Assembly: GCA_040954595.2 (NCBI GenBank)
Contig: CM082589.2
Span: forward strand, 586,988 to 650,987
Source of the DNA: Balanoglossus misakiensis
Lineage: Eukaryota; Animalia; Hemichordata
Reading direction: 5' to 3'
Length of the DNA stretch: 64,000 nucleotides
Shown: positions 46,096 to 61,000 of the stretch, in pieces
How the letters are laid out: each line of letters opens with the position of its first letter
How positions within the stretch are numbered: the stretch's first letter is position 1
Notes under the pieces: generated by a model
What the model was told of the DNA's origin: nothing
Seen by the model: only the letters and a program-made list of their open reading frames with translations
The model's database searches: none
Made by a program: the position numbers and the translations under genes

Positions 46096-49000
46096 AGTAC
46101 ATGTATCTTACAGACTTTATCTGGGCATTCAAATTCAAATATAGAAACGGATAACTCGAACTCGGGTGACCTGTTCTTATTGGCGTTGATTTTTAACATC
46201 TTGTTGGATGGGGATATCTTCAATCTGAGCACAAAGCCTTTGGTGTTGTAAGCTTTCTCGACCCAACACACCTATGTTTACCCAAGAAAAAAATCTCGAG
46301 GAAACAGACCAATGTTGACAGGCTGAAATAAAGCAGTGTTTATTGCCAAACCGTCGTGGGGTTAGAGAGGGCACGGCACCAAACTCCACGCAGTTGCTGT
46401 GTGTGTGACTGATACGGGACGTTGGACGCCCGTTGCTGAGCGGCAAAAGCACGTATAAAACCAGGGACCACATAAAACTGACCTGTTCTCAGAAATATTC
46501 TTCCTCTTTCGGTTCAAACCGGATATCTCGTTTTCCGGACTGAAACTACAATTATAATTATCAGTTTATTCAATCAACTAATGAGGAGAGTTCTCGGTTA
46601 GAAAAAATATACATTACAACTCCACCAGGGCGATTGTGGGATGCGTGCTGTGATCATTGAGAAGTTTTTTAGATACCCATCACTGATATATTTGACGATA
46701 CTAATTAAAGACATCCTGAATTGTGCACTTTTCATGGTGGGATGAGAAGTAACAATAAACAAGCCACCGTTAAACCACCAAACGGAAGTCTGGGTAATTA
46801 CAGTATCTTGAAGATTACGCCGCACTTGCTAAATCCCGGGGATTGTTGTGTTACCACGGCAACCATCAACGCCAAGCGGGTGGGGGGGGGGGGGAGTGAC
46901 CTCCGTTTTTGAGAACAAGACCAGGCCCTGTACCGAATGCATCCTCGGAACAATGCCATGAAAAGATCCTATTGCGGCTGGTACGAATGAAAGCGATGTT
47001 TTAAAACGAAAGCGTCGCCTATATAAACAGCTTCTGCAAATAAAAGCAGTTTACCACGAATCTCCGATTCCGAAACTTGGAGAGACCAAAGCCAACACCG
47101 AAACTCACGTCTACTTTGCCATCAACAGCTCGTGGGTTTCTATTAGCACGGAAAGAAAGTAAAGAAGATTTGCAAACTATAATATAGCGCAGATCTTATT
47201 ATCCAGACGATTTATATTTCATTCAAAACGCACAATGTATCAGTACCTTCCACTTGGAGCAGAGAAGTGACTGTGACCCACCTCCCTGAAAAAGACAAAT
47301 TTCGCATTTGACTGGATTCACCTGGCTGGTATATTTGATATGATACCTAGTCAATGGGCCCTACTATCAGTTTTACAACAATTCAACGAACGACCCCGAC
47401 CCCACCCAATCATCGCAGACCCCTATTGGCCGCAACCACGCAACCAAAATGCGTGTCGGACTGCTCTCAGCCACGTGAGGACAATTCTCACCGCACACAA
47501 CGGTTGGACTCACAGCGAATTCGGACGTTACGCAAGAACAACCACACTGAACCGTGCCGTGGGAAAGAGACCGTTGGCATGCACTCATCTCCACTGATCG
47601 TATCTTGTCTTGTCCGCCTGACTTTAACGGTATATAATGAACCGTGAAGCGATAAAATGGAGTAGAAGATATCGTAGGCAGAACTACCAGTTCACATGTG
47701 AAAAATGCTTAAATACATCTCTCTCCCCCACTCTGGTCTTCCCCTCTCTCCCCTCTATCTCTCTCTCTCTCTGCTCTGCTCTCCCCTCTCCCTCGTGACC
47801 ATGACATTCACAATGTCAAAGTTGCCCTTTTCCCTGGGCCAGCTACTGTCTTACGCGGAAGCTTCTATGTACAGTATAGCGACAATTTATAAAAGAGTGT
47901 GGCAATAATGATACTCGACACACTCTCTTAAGTTTTGATTGTTTTCTTGTTTCAGAATTTCAATTTTTCAGGAGGGGGATATTTTTATTCAGTAATGTGT
48001 CATTAAAAGTGATATTTTCAACAGTTACATGCATAATAACCGCTACATGCATAATGCAATCAACGATGACACAGATACCAGTAAGTGTGGAACGCCGGTG
48101 GCGTCAGAGCCGGTGACGTCACACTTCTATTTCCAACAGAAAACATATGTACATCGAATCACTATTATCCAAAAAAAGTCATTTTTGATTAATTATGTCA
48201 AACATGCAGGTAGGTATGTTACAGTCAGTCACGACCGACCTTCGAAAGTTTCAATATGTACTACAAACAAAAGTCATTTATTTCATCGGTCGGCCACACG
48301 CTAATTTCACCACATAATAAAAAATATAACTCACTAAATTTTAACTGTACACCTCTTCACAAATGTAAATATTGTCTAGATCATCAAGCAATTCATAATT
48401 TGTGACTTTAAAGAGTGGTACGGCGGTCACAGATTTTTCTTTCGTTTTCAACTCGATAGAAAATGTGTTAGTAGATAGTTTTCATGTTTCTGGTTTAAAA
48501 GAATATTGTTCCGTTTACTGAATTCATTTCGGCGGGAGGTGGTCCCTGCCCTCATGCCCGCAACTTCGGGTTCAATGACCTGCATATCTTTTTTTAAGAT
48601 TAATGACCTTTATTTATACGTATTCGATTTGAAAAGAATTACTTTTATTTCTTTCACCAATGAAACACAAAAAGAACGTTTCTGTGTTCTTTTGAGACGT
48701 TTACCCGTCCATCTGTTCTGAGTATTAATTAAATGCGTTTAATTCACCTTGAACAATTTAAAACTGTACCTCTTTACAATAATGTTTTGAAACAAAGGGA
48801 AGTCAGTATTTACTATTTTGCATGAGAAGAAAAGGCGAAACTCATTCAAATGACCAGGCATAGCGAACACTCTTTTCTAATTCAAGTGTTAGCGTGACAG
48901 CTTGTCCAGGAAGAACAATGGCACACAGCCAAATTTTCAGTCATCTATATTATGGACAAACGATGTTTGCTGGTGAAAATAGTTTGTGACTGACTGCGCT

Positions 49001-52000
49001 ATGACCACTCGCACGCCCCCATCCAAACCCCCCCCCCCCCCGTGTGCGGTGAGTCTCGTCCAGCTTTTCGAAAAAGATGCGGACATTTGGCCTCATTTCG
49101 AACTTTATATTTTGATGTAAAACTTCCGAACTACAAGTTTCCGGGAAAACGAAATTAAAAGTACAATAAATATTTCGTTCCCTCTTTTTTCCGTAATTGC
49201 TTTCACTGATGAACATAAAACCACACATGCTTTTCATCATACCACAGAAAGTATCACTCTGTCTGTAAAAATAAACGAGAAAAATAAATAGCAATTCGGG
49301 ATTAAAGCAACACCTGTCATTTGTTGTTACAACTTGAATGTTTTATTGGTTTAACGTTTCTGATAACATCAATCCTTTGTTTAATTTCCAGTGGCGTTCA
49401 CGACAACTTCCAGTCTACTTTCTACATTGTATACTAGTATAGAAACCAGACCGGGAAAGTGGAATATATAGTACAACATTCCAACCTTGGAAGAGTTAAG
49501 ACGGATGCCAAAGATCCCGGATGTAGTCTGCTGGAGGGACGCAAATCTCATCCCGGAAATCCATTCACTGTTTATTCGTGATCCGAATTAAAATATTATT
49601 TTATTTGTTTGAAATATCTGAGCGTGTGCTCACCACCCCTTTTGTACTTCCCTCAATCTCTTATCTGCGCTGAACAAACCGACCAATATTTCCTGTTTAA
49701 TGTATCCCTCAATTTTCCCTTTTCTAATCCAGCTCGTCTTTCTCAGTCGGAGTCTCCTCTTTGGATACACGCAACGCAGAGACAGGAAGTGGGATCAGTT
49801 TGTAATGCAACCACAACAGGATGAAAATGAATTACAAATTACACTACACCGGACACGAAAAATGCTTAAATTACATTGAGCGTTTCCTCTTTTATATTTA
49901 ACAGGCCCTTCCCGCCTAACAAAGTAAATTGTCAGAAAAGAGTTAATAAAACATAGAGGGGTAAAAACTTTGAAACTTATTTTGAGATAGAATACCTCTC
50001 AGTTCTTCCTCTACGAACTTGTTGCAATTTCACTCTCTAAAATCACTCTTCAGTCGCCTATTTATTTTGAAGACGGAAATATCTCAAAACAACACTGGAA
50101 TATCGTTGTCTGAGCCAAAATACACGTAATATTTGGTGACAAGGAACTTGAATAACCTGGACCACTTTCACATTCCATCCCCAGCATTTGGTGCTCTGAG
50201 CGTGGGAACTGGTCACCCCGACACGATCAATATTCTTTCTATTATTTCCCCTTTACTCTGTTCTGTTCAACTCAATTCATGACCCGGACTCAAATGCCCG
50301 TGTTGAAGGACCTAAGATGACCATTTTACCATTCACCAGACCACCCTTTCATCTCACATTCTGTCAACCAACTTTTCAGTCCCTTCTCAACAATCCCCCA
50401 TTGTCGACAGACCGTCACGCCTCCTCTATATTCACTCGTATTTCATCAAGAGAGATTCCCTCCGAACGCGTTATTTCAGACCATACGCGTCGCCATGGAG
50501 AGAAAGTGTCTCTTTCTGCATGACGTAATGACAGCCCGAGGAAGGGCTTTTCTCGGAATAAATTCCAAGAGAATCAAACAAAATTCCATTGAATATCTCT
50601 GTTTGTAATCGTTGTCTGCTTCTCAGGAATCCAAAGAAAGTGTGTCACAATTCAACCATGAAAAACAGGTTCAATTGACCCGATGTAGCGTTACATAACA
50701 TTTTATTCCAAGCGAATAGTTGTATTCTACTATATTGAAGCTCAAAACTAAATTTATATTAATTTAAAAGCACGTATGTGTATCTGTCGTATTATTAGCA
50801 TATCACTACAGATTATATTCCCTTTCTTTTACGTTTCTGTGTCTGTCTGGATCTGTCTGGCTATGTGTGTATCTACCTGTGTGTCTGTCTGTGTCTTCCG
50901 ACGCCGGTACACAGTCTACAGTTTGCATCTATTCATTCTATAATGTATACCCCGATTGTATATCTCTTGTTCATATTGTAAATCTGAATATGAAATCCAC
51001 CTTTCTAATATTATATAATATAAATCCGTGAGAACGGATTCCAATTCAATAGCCTTCACCTGTCCTGTAGGTCTCAAGTACACGAGATCCAAAGAACGAG
51101 GTTTATCCCCTATTCTTTAGCAAGACAATACAGTGTGTGTGTAATTACGTGTGTCTGCCCAGTGGAGCATCAGGTAGCGTCCACACCAATCGATTGAAAT
51201 TACTCTTGTCGAATTGTCTTTTTTTGACTGTTGGAATTAGTATCATACTACATTATCAGTAACGATCTTGCAGCAGTAAAAACTCTCGTTGGGGTTAAAT
51301 GAGCCAATTGGTACGGAAAGTTAAAGTTATCGCCGGAGTCTTACCACCTTCAACACTTACAGACTAGAAGCTGACCATCTACTAGACATTCAACTCAGAC
51401 TTCAGCAAGCGAAGTTTCCAAAGCCATGCCTGTCTGAAGTATGTGTGTTTATTAAAGATTATTCAACTCTAATCAATATGTCTCATTCAAGGGGTAAAGC
51501 AAATATTTGAAATTGTATACCTCCCACCTGAATGGAACAAGTCTCGATCCCACGCATGACTCGTTAGGTCTATGTCAATGTAAATCTCGCGAGATCAATA
51601 GATCTGGCGTGAGAAAGTAAACTCATGCCCTTGATATTTATTGCCAGGAATTCGTTAGAAGAGTCGGTCGGAAATAAAAGATTGTGTATCCACGGGGAGA
51701 TGCTAGAATATGGCCTAATCCAGGTTCGTCTGTCTCAGAGCCAAGCAGCCCACGTTATAGGAGATATCGGACTTATAGATTGGCACATATAGCTAAAGCA
51801 AACAGAAACACGACGAAAACAGGCTCTCTCTTGCAGGAAACAAAATCACGATAAAACTAGAACTCCCATCTAATGTGACATTTTCCACATCTTCTAGTAA
51901 GCATGGAGTTTGGTTCCCAATATGTGATCACAAATCAAGTGCTTCGATCGACTGAGACCGCTAACCAATCAAACAGAAAATCCCATTTACGTCATGGCTA

Positions 52001-55000
52001 ATTGTTCGTTGAGAAGAAAGTCAAATAGTGCTTTGTATAAAGAGTTTTTTGTCTTTTCAGACTGCTAAATGGCATGTAATTGAATTTTTAGTGTGGTCAT
52101 GTGTGCATGGTGGATTTTCTCGCGTTATATGTCACCCCTAACTCAGTCAAAGTCTTTCGGTTAAAGGGTCGAAACCAGGAATTAAAATGAATTTCGCGAC
52201 GTGCCATATGTTGTATATTTATAATATGAACAGCTTGTCAAATAAGGGCAGTTATGAAGCTTCAAAGAGTTGAACAACCGTATGCATCATATGGTACAGG
52301 CATTCTCCACTTGAACGCAAGGGATATTTTACAATGCCTACTTTTTATAGCCAAAATTTAAATGTGGGTATTTAAAGCCATACATAATGACGTCATGCTG
52401 CACAGAAAATATTAAAATGGGTTAATTCTATTTGTAAAAGCAGTATTCTTATTTTTCGATCCACCGGGATGTGGTACATTAATTGACCTTATTCAACGCG
52501 GCAACAGCTTGTTCTGAGTGGAACCAGAACTTGACTTCAAATGTCGCATGTTCACCGATAGCTGTACGCGTGACCGCAAACTTCTCCGACCAGTTTGCAT
52601 TGTTATTTATATCGAGCCTGACGTACGATATCTGGACAAAAAGGCAGCCTGGTCTGGTACAATGGAACAGGCGATAATCATTGTCAACACTCTGTGCTCT
52701 GATTGGCTGAAACCGCTCGACTGAGTTACTACGCCGGAACTTTTTTTAGTAATCTGCTGTGAGCTTACATAAAAGTTTGTACAGTCCGATGCGATTGATA
52801 CGCCCAGACTAAAATGCAATCGATATAATGAGATGTTAGGGCATCAAGTGCTTGTAAAATAATAAAAAATACACAATAAATTTGTGCTTTCTTCGATAGG
52901 AGTTCTGATATCCTCCGAACCATTGACTTAGAATTTCAAGTAAGAAAGCATGTCTCTGGAGCGTTGTCGAAAGCGGACTTTTTGACTCGACTCGGAACAG
53001 TAAGGTTGATTCCTATACCCCAGAGATAAAAAAAATAATTGCGTTCCAATGTTTGTTATATAGTAAGTAATATATTCAGTTGTTTAAACTTGTGGAGTGC
53101 CATGACTGTGCAATAACTGTGATTGGTGACTGAACGGGCTAAAGTACACGCCAACACTTGACCTATGAATTGTGCCCTTTTCAGGTACATCATGCACTAC
53201 TAACGCTGTCACTGCTAACACTAAATACTAGATTGACTTTATATATAGTACTACTTCTGTACATCTGTTGCTGGTGGGGCTAGTACTACTTGGCTTATAA
53301 CGTTACTGAACTTTTGGCTCTATAATTTTGGCGTACAAGTCACGTGACATAAGAACCCGCATCTAATGTGAAGGCTGATGCCCGTTGCCGAGACACGGGT
53401 GTTGGAAAACTGATATTCCATGATGGTTACTTTTTTGCGCGACAAACTGTAAAAGTCCAATCAGATTTTGAGTCAAGCGACTGAATTCAGCTCCATAATT
53501 CGAATGTATGTATTTTGTGTTTTCGTCTCCAGAACTATCGCTTTAGGCGAGTTGCGTACCAGGAACTCCGTGCTACCAGTCACGGCTGTCGGCCGAACAC
53601 TGGCGAACTCTTGGGAAATCGGTTCTAACCTGATCTGGGACCCTTGAATCTGCATTCCCTGCTATACTGTAACCTGTAACCTGGTGATTCGGTCCACAGT
53701 CTTTTGTGCTTATGCCATTCGTATGAAAATGTACAGGTTCGGTTTCTTATGCGTTCTCAAGTGACCTGGACTAAACTGCAAGAAAGATTGGCCCCTGGGG
53801 CATGATTTTCCTCGAACGAAACAGGTACACGGAACGTCATCACTCTCTGTGCTAGTTCTAGCGAATAAATGATCTTAAAGTAGTGCAGTATGCCAAATTA
53901 TCCTCAGTATTTGCTCTAGTTGCTCTGCAAGATCCATGATGTCACCCTATCAGCTTGCGTGACGATTCTGGGCATGCATGACTTGCATCCATCGACCTTG
54001 CAAAACCCACCCCCAAAATATATCCAAGAATCTGTATTTTGCATAAACGAGGGTACCCCTCTGCGTTGATAAACGCTTCAAAATATCGCCTGGAGATGAC
54101 AAGGTGCAACGATCAAAGAGAAAAAAGACAGATTACCAGGGCAAGAATTTTAGCTATTTGGTCACTATGGAGACGCAGGCGTCGCGTTTGGGCATGTTCC
54201 CATGGTTTAAAACAGGTACGCTGCACTTGTTTTATCGTTTCTGTTCTTTCTTTCTTTTCTTTTTTCTTTTTTGGTCTCTCCTCAGACGAGATTGGCGTAA
54301 AAAGATCGCGATACAAGGGGAATGGCGGGAAAATCTCCATTCATGATGAATTGTGAACAAATTCTGTGACGTCTTTGTAGCTTGTATGATGTAGTGTGCT
54401 ATGAATGGAACGAATGAACTGAAGTGGTTCTTTCTGTGGGGGTTCAAAAACCGACCTATCCCACGCTTGACCGACACTTCAACAATGTTTGGTAACGACA
54501 AAAGCAAACTCCTTTACAATTTCAAGTTGTCTTTCTAGGGCTGGTTTTATGAATGTCGCTATCCTCGTGCAAACTTGAAGAACCAATCTCATATGGAGGT
54601 TAAAATGACAGACTTAGGTAACGCCCCGGATGACCCCAAAATTCCCTTCATTTACTCAAGTTCATCGGCCGGGTCGTTTTTTTGCGAAGAGTGGTCAGAG
54701 AAATAGTTTTGTTCCAAACAGTCTCAGTGCAAAAAATATACTTCTTCTGGTATTCTACTGCCCCACACGACCAGTCATAATTAGTTGTTCAATGAGAGAA
54801 TCATTCTTGCGTTTGGTTTAAATTTAGGTTACGGTCACCGTCTGTACGTCCCGGGGTTCACTCTATGTTCACTCTATGCTCTCGTCGTCGGTCAATGATC
54901 TTTTTTTTTTGCAGACGACAGCGCGTATGATATCTGTCCGAAGTGCAAATTGGCCAAAACTGGCGACTCAGCGAAACGACGTTTCACGATAGCGATCTTT

Positions 55001-58000
55001 GTAAAACTGCACGCAGTACGAACTTGAAATTGAGTTGTGGTGTATGCATCGTTGAAAAACCCAAATATTAAGGTTTTAGTGTATTTGTTATCTCATTGTC
55101 ACAGCTGCAGGTTTTTATATCGTGCACGTTCATGGGTGGGAATAAGGCCAGACGTTAAGTAACTGACCATGACCTACATATGAAGAGGTTTCAACCAGAT
55201 TTCTTTTGACATATTGGTATGATAAATCGACTAAGAGTAAAGACTTAATAAGCTCACTGTGGAATCTCTCACGCTTCACTTCGGGAAAAAATCACGAGTT
55301 TAATTTGAATCTAACGTTGTGCGTCGCGTATCGAATTCGGCTGGGACCTTCTAGTCTGCTCAGTGTGCGTGCTGCACGGTGGCCGACAATTTGCAGCCTG
55401 GGGCTATACAATACCAGACGCTTTTGCGTAACAGGTACCCAGTTGCTCAAAGCTTCGTGGGTTTAAGTAACTTAACACCATACCGCAACGGTTTCACTTC
55501 TCGTTCTAGTTTTCGCGGAGCTCTCAGATAAAATTACCGGTCGATGACTTAGGTCTAAATCGAGCACTAATCGTTTTCTCTGCTGACTGAAGGATACTGC
55601 TTTTGACCGGCTACTGAATGTATGGAATGGTCATTGGTGAAAATCCAATTTATGTCCATTCGCGTCCAAGCTGACGCCGAAGTTACTTGCGATATTCTGG
55701 GTTGCTATTTTCTAAATGACGTTGGCACAGCTTAGAATTGCCCTGTCTCGACATATGTCTGAGATACGAAATCTTGCTAGCGATTTGAACTGCGCGACGA
55801 CAATCGCAGATGGTCACATGACGTATCACATGTACGATTTGATTGGGTGGTTGGCCAAGACAGTGCATTGCTCGAAGGTACAACGTTCGCGCCACTAGCG
55901 CCTCTATCGTGACCCGATCTGACCAGGGTGTACCTGTGACCCAGACTCGATAAATGGGCTTCCCGCCCTTTTGATGTAACGGCATGCGGGGAACGACAGC
56001 ATCTATTGCAAATGTCGGTATGCTACAGAAAAAATTCAAACATGCTGCAAAAACGTGCTCATCTTCTGCCAGCTATCACCCGGCCAATCGTTCTGAGTTC
56101 CATTTTCACAGACGTTGTTAATTTATACGCTTGTTCCAGTGTTCAACCACTGCAAAGGACACCTTGTTCGGTGTGTGGTCCAAACATTTATGGAATTCTT
56201 CCACAAGCTCAGGTGTATGTTGATAATACCAGTGTTACTACAGGCCTGATACTACCATCGTTCAAATACATGATCCTTCGTTCATTTTTGTGGGATGCGT
56301 CGTCTACCATATACAATTTAAAAATTGCATGGAAGGTCAAAGGTCAAGACGTCTCGATTTTTGCACAAAAATGCATACCTCGCCTGAGTTCAGTGCAAAC
56401 ATTGACTTTTCTGCTACTTAATAATCCACATGACGTCAAAATACTGTTTGCAGAAGATTACGCAGTTTAAAGTTGATCACCAACGGACCGACGACCCTTA
56501 CATGATACCGCTATTCATGGTCCAACCGGGCCAGTCCATTCAAATGCAAAGCTATTAGGAATGTTTTAAATGGCGTTTTTTCAAACTGTGAAACAATGCA
56601 AAGAATTAGGATTATAGCTGTAAGTACAGACACGGCCCACTTTCGCAGGAAGGGCACCACAATAGAGTTAAATCGGAAACAATGGGTTTCAAAAGACACC
56701 ATGGAATTGTTGCCATGGAAACCACAGACTGGATGCTGCGCACAAAAGCGTCAACCGTAGGCCGGTGGCGGTTGGCTGAACTCAGATAAAAAACTTCGTA
56801 AAAATCGTCCTGCTTCCGGTGGTATAAACGGCTTCGGAGGGTCGACTCCCCCTCCCCCAGAATTTAATTAGCCCACTGAGGTGACCTACTGGTAATTTCA
56901 TAGAAACAGCTTGAATCAGCGAAAGCCGGAATGAAGAAGAGCAAAAAACCTCGGTATTTAAAATAATTAGTCACTAGATATTTTGACGGATTATTGACCA
57001 CATGAGTGTTCATAGTAGGGGGTCTCTTAAGTTCTTGTAATGCATAGATGGATACGAACACAGCCTGGAAGAAACGGAATATGGCAGAGATGTGGGCAGT
57101 GAATAGGTTGCAGGAAATTCTATAGCAATGCAATGATATGCAAACAAGATCAAGGTGCCTTTCCGGTCTAGGGAGCGGCTCATTTCATGGACGTTTGTAA
57201 TATGTACCTTCTGTCAACAGTGCCTATCGTTTGCTTGTACTTCGCGTCCAAGCTTTTGTCACGTGACTATTACACCGGTATTTGACATCCGCCCACGTAA
57301 AATGTCAAGAGATTGCATCTTTTAAAACGAAAATTTTCGACTTTAATAATGTATTGCCACGTTGAATTGATGTGATTAAAACTCTTGCATTCCAAAGCAC
57401 AAAATCATCAAATCATAGAAACTCGGACCTCACTTGCAGAGTTATGCCTGGGGGCAAATGACTAACAAAATATCACGAATTCAAACACCATGTTCTCAGT
57501 GGTGGAGGTAATTTTTCCAGTGAAAAAAAAGTAATCATCGCGTGATTATTTGCGTCAGTTTGTAGGAGGACTGGTTCTGTTTCCGTTGCACCACCACCAC
57601 CATGGTTGACCACTTTCTCGAAGCTTCCTTCCATCAACTTGAACCAAGTAGACCTCTAAAACTTGGACTGAATTATGGCGCGAAAACTGTTTTTTCCTCT
57701 TTTGATTTTTTTGCTAAACTTTTAAATGTCAAGGATCGACCTGACCTTGACCAGTCATCCGGGAATCGGAAATGTTGTCATGGTTTTCAGGGTTTTAGTA
57801 CAACTGCTACTAGTACCGCTTAATTCTCCTGTCTCCTTTTGGGCTCAATCGGACAATGTTAGATCCTTGACAATATTTGCACAGACATCGTCTCTAAGAG
57901 TTCGTTTCCTGGGGGTGTCGGTCAGTTCACCTCAGCGTTCATCCGGGTACTTCAGAACTCCAATGGTTTATGAAATGGGTCAAGGAATTTAACCTTTAGT

Positions 58001-61000
58001 CGTTTAAAGTCCAACACAATGGTGACAGTTCCCGCAGACTTTGAGATGTAGTTTTAATTGATGCGCAATTAAGTTCAAGTATTGTTGGATTTTCAAAGAG
58101 TATTTTAGTTCAACCTGTGGATTAGGCCAAGGTGCAGTCTGAGAAAAATCAATAAATAGTTTTGCAATAGAAGAGTCCATGAGAGACACCATATGTCCCG
58201 GAAGACCTCTGCCAGTCATGGCCATATCTACCTTTGACTGTCTGGAATTGTCCCCGACCTTCAGGATTCGAAATTCGAAAACAAGAAAACACCGACAACT
58301 TGTTTATGGCTGGCTTTCCGTAATCCTCGACAAGACTTGTCAACAATTTGGAAATGCTTAGTACTTGTATGCGACTTCACATTGCAAACATCAAACTTTG
58401 AATGCTAGCGATCTAATTAACCCAAATGTATTCTTCATTTCAAGGGGCAATCCTCTTATCTAGACCGTACAGTTAGTGTGGGAATTTCACCAACCGTGTC
58501 CATGACAGTCAAAAGATGTGAAGTTGGAAACAAAATAGCTATACAATTATGTATGTACATTGTTTGTACCGCTGCCACAACGAATATGTACACAGAGTAA
58601 TTTGCAAATAAATTAGATGAAGTTGTCTGATCCAATTCAGATCAACTTCATCAGTTGTTCCCAGATCGATCGACTAATTGTTACATGAATTATTTAAACG
58701 AACACGCGAACATGAGATAGTCTAGCCGCTGTCACATTTAAATTTTGGCTGATGATTACGTATTTTAGTGTATCTTGAATTACATTTCGGTTTGGCCAAT
58801 CCACTCTTTTACGAATACAAGTATCGTACTGCACGTACGGTTTGATACTAGACTAGTAACGTATTGTCTCTATGCCAGCCTTGCTTTTGTTTAATTCGTT
58901 CATCAGAGAATAATTTGCATACCGTATGCGCCCAACAGCCCTAAAATCCCTCTGAGATTTCTGGTACTACAATAACCAATTATGGTCGCGCAGTCTAGTG
59001 ACCCTGAAATGGCAGGGAACACATATATATATTATACACACAGTCCAACACGGACTTCTAGCATACAGATTATGCCAGTCCAGTTTCTGACCACAACATG
59101 CAAACGTGACAGAACCACCTTGATGGGAAATCGCCATCCTGCGTTCCTAACTGACCCGTTGCTACGAAACCAAAGCTTCAAATCAATACAACCACAGTGT
59201 TCTAAATTCCGGGATATAGTAAATATGACCCTTAAGGGGATCTTTACAGTATTAGGGTATCAGACATTGAAGGGTTCCTAACAGTGTCTTCAATGTGTAA
59301 GTGTTGAGCTCTACCTCCGCTGAGATTAACTTCTCAACCGAGTAGGTTTCTCACAGACACGTCGCCGGGGGGGGGGGGGGGGGGGTAGCTGAGGTTCAAT
59401 GTCACGGAATGATTACCATAATCATGATTAATGATTTATTATGAAAAAGAATATATATTATTCATCATTCTTTCTATCTATCTCTCCCCCTCCCCCTCCC
59501 TCCCCCGAGGTTGACACTTCAAGGCGACTGATTTCAACCATACTCTATTCTTAATAAAATGATTTGAATCTGATTTAATGACACTAAAACAGTCACTTTA
59601 TTGTTTTATGTCTGTTCCGTATCACTTCTCCAGTAAAAACGTAATTCGCTTAGGTCAGGTACATCAAGGTTGTGTAAATCTAATTTCCACAACAGAGTCA
59701 CAAAAAGGTTGCCGGTATTCATAGATTCATCAACGCGGGATCAGAATGACATTTGCCTTCAGGTCACAGACACACCGACCTTACTACATGGCAGTAGTAC
59801 CCGCATGTAATGTGCAATGAGAAATGAGATACACGTCACGGTGACTTGATAATAATTTAAAAGACTACCGTGGATATGCAACCTTATACTATTTGGCTTG
59901 AAGCCAACTTGAATTCAACGTGGCCAATAGCTACATGATGAATTATGTCATCTTTATCGCAGCTATAGATGATTGTGAAAAAATGCATTCACGAGAAAAT
60001 CCTCACATGTTTGCAACGTTCACAGGTTGAGTTTGAGAGTTTGACAACCTGTGGATTTTTCACTTGACTCATGAACGAACTCTGAAGTGACCTGTATTTA
60101 AATGCGTAATTGCATTTTTGCAAGAAATACAGACATTTCTTGCGTTTGAAAAAAGATGCTTATCGTTTTTATAGGCTTCTTCGGTCGCTGCAAACTAACG
60201 GAACAAAAGTATGGAAGTAGCTCTTGATGGGGACCTGGTAAAAGTTTACATTCCAATCACGATGCTTTGTCGTCACGATTATTCAGAAACACGACACGAA
60301 TAAAATCAAAGAAACCGCCGCCCACATCCTGCATGCCAGAGATAGTCAACTCCAACATCGTCTTTAGAGAAACACATCACATCACATACAAGTGTAACAC
60401 TACTTCCTAACATTATTGATATATCTAACAGATTTTTCATGATGGATTATTATAAGAGATAAAACATCTCAACATACAAGGCCGTTTAAATTACACATGT
60501 GGTTTTCATCAAACCTTGAGACTATATCCTTATTTCAAATATTAACCATGGTTTGGCGTGCCCCCTGTGCAGTGTTATAGGGTCTTAAACTTTGGTGAAC
60601 TTTGGTCTGACTTTCAAACCATCATGGTGGTAGAGTTTTTTCATCTGGAGTTTCTTGATTTTTAACATGACCACTGCGAATGTCTTGGTTCATCTCTTCC
60701 AATACACAAGACCACAGTTACGAAAATGCTCACCAAACAGGAAACTGTATGTTACACGGTGTGTGCTGGCAAGTACATTCATATTTGTATATATTTTATG
60801 ACCATGCTTGTGGCAATAACGTGACCACACGATTACCGACTAATGGTGACAATTTCCGCCTGTAAATGGTCTTAGATTACCTGTACATACAGACTTTGAA
60901 CAGAAATGTAACGTGTCTTCCCATCTATATTAAATCATCGTTTGGTTTGTTACCGATGTCGTAAATTATCTCACAGGCGCATGATCACAGAAGTGCCAAG

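Noticed and set aside
45884-46271. ERERER/SLSLSL ORFs
   Set aside because: Translations of the (CT)n microsatellite.
58004-58346. Faint YqaJ/transposase-like words (GVSHGLF, VELK)
   Set aside because: They are in different frames, catalytic residues are missing, and the match cannot be supported without a search.
58616-58652. 15-bp hairpin GATGAAGTTG-TCTGA...TCAGA-T-CAACTTCATC
   Set aside because: Too short for a pre-miRNA and no other support.
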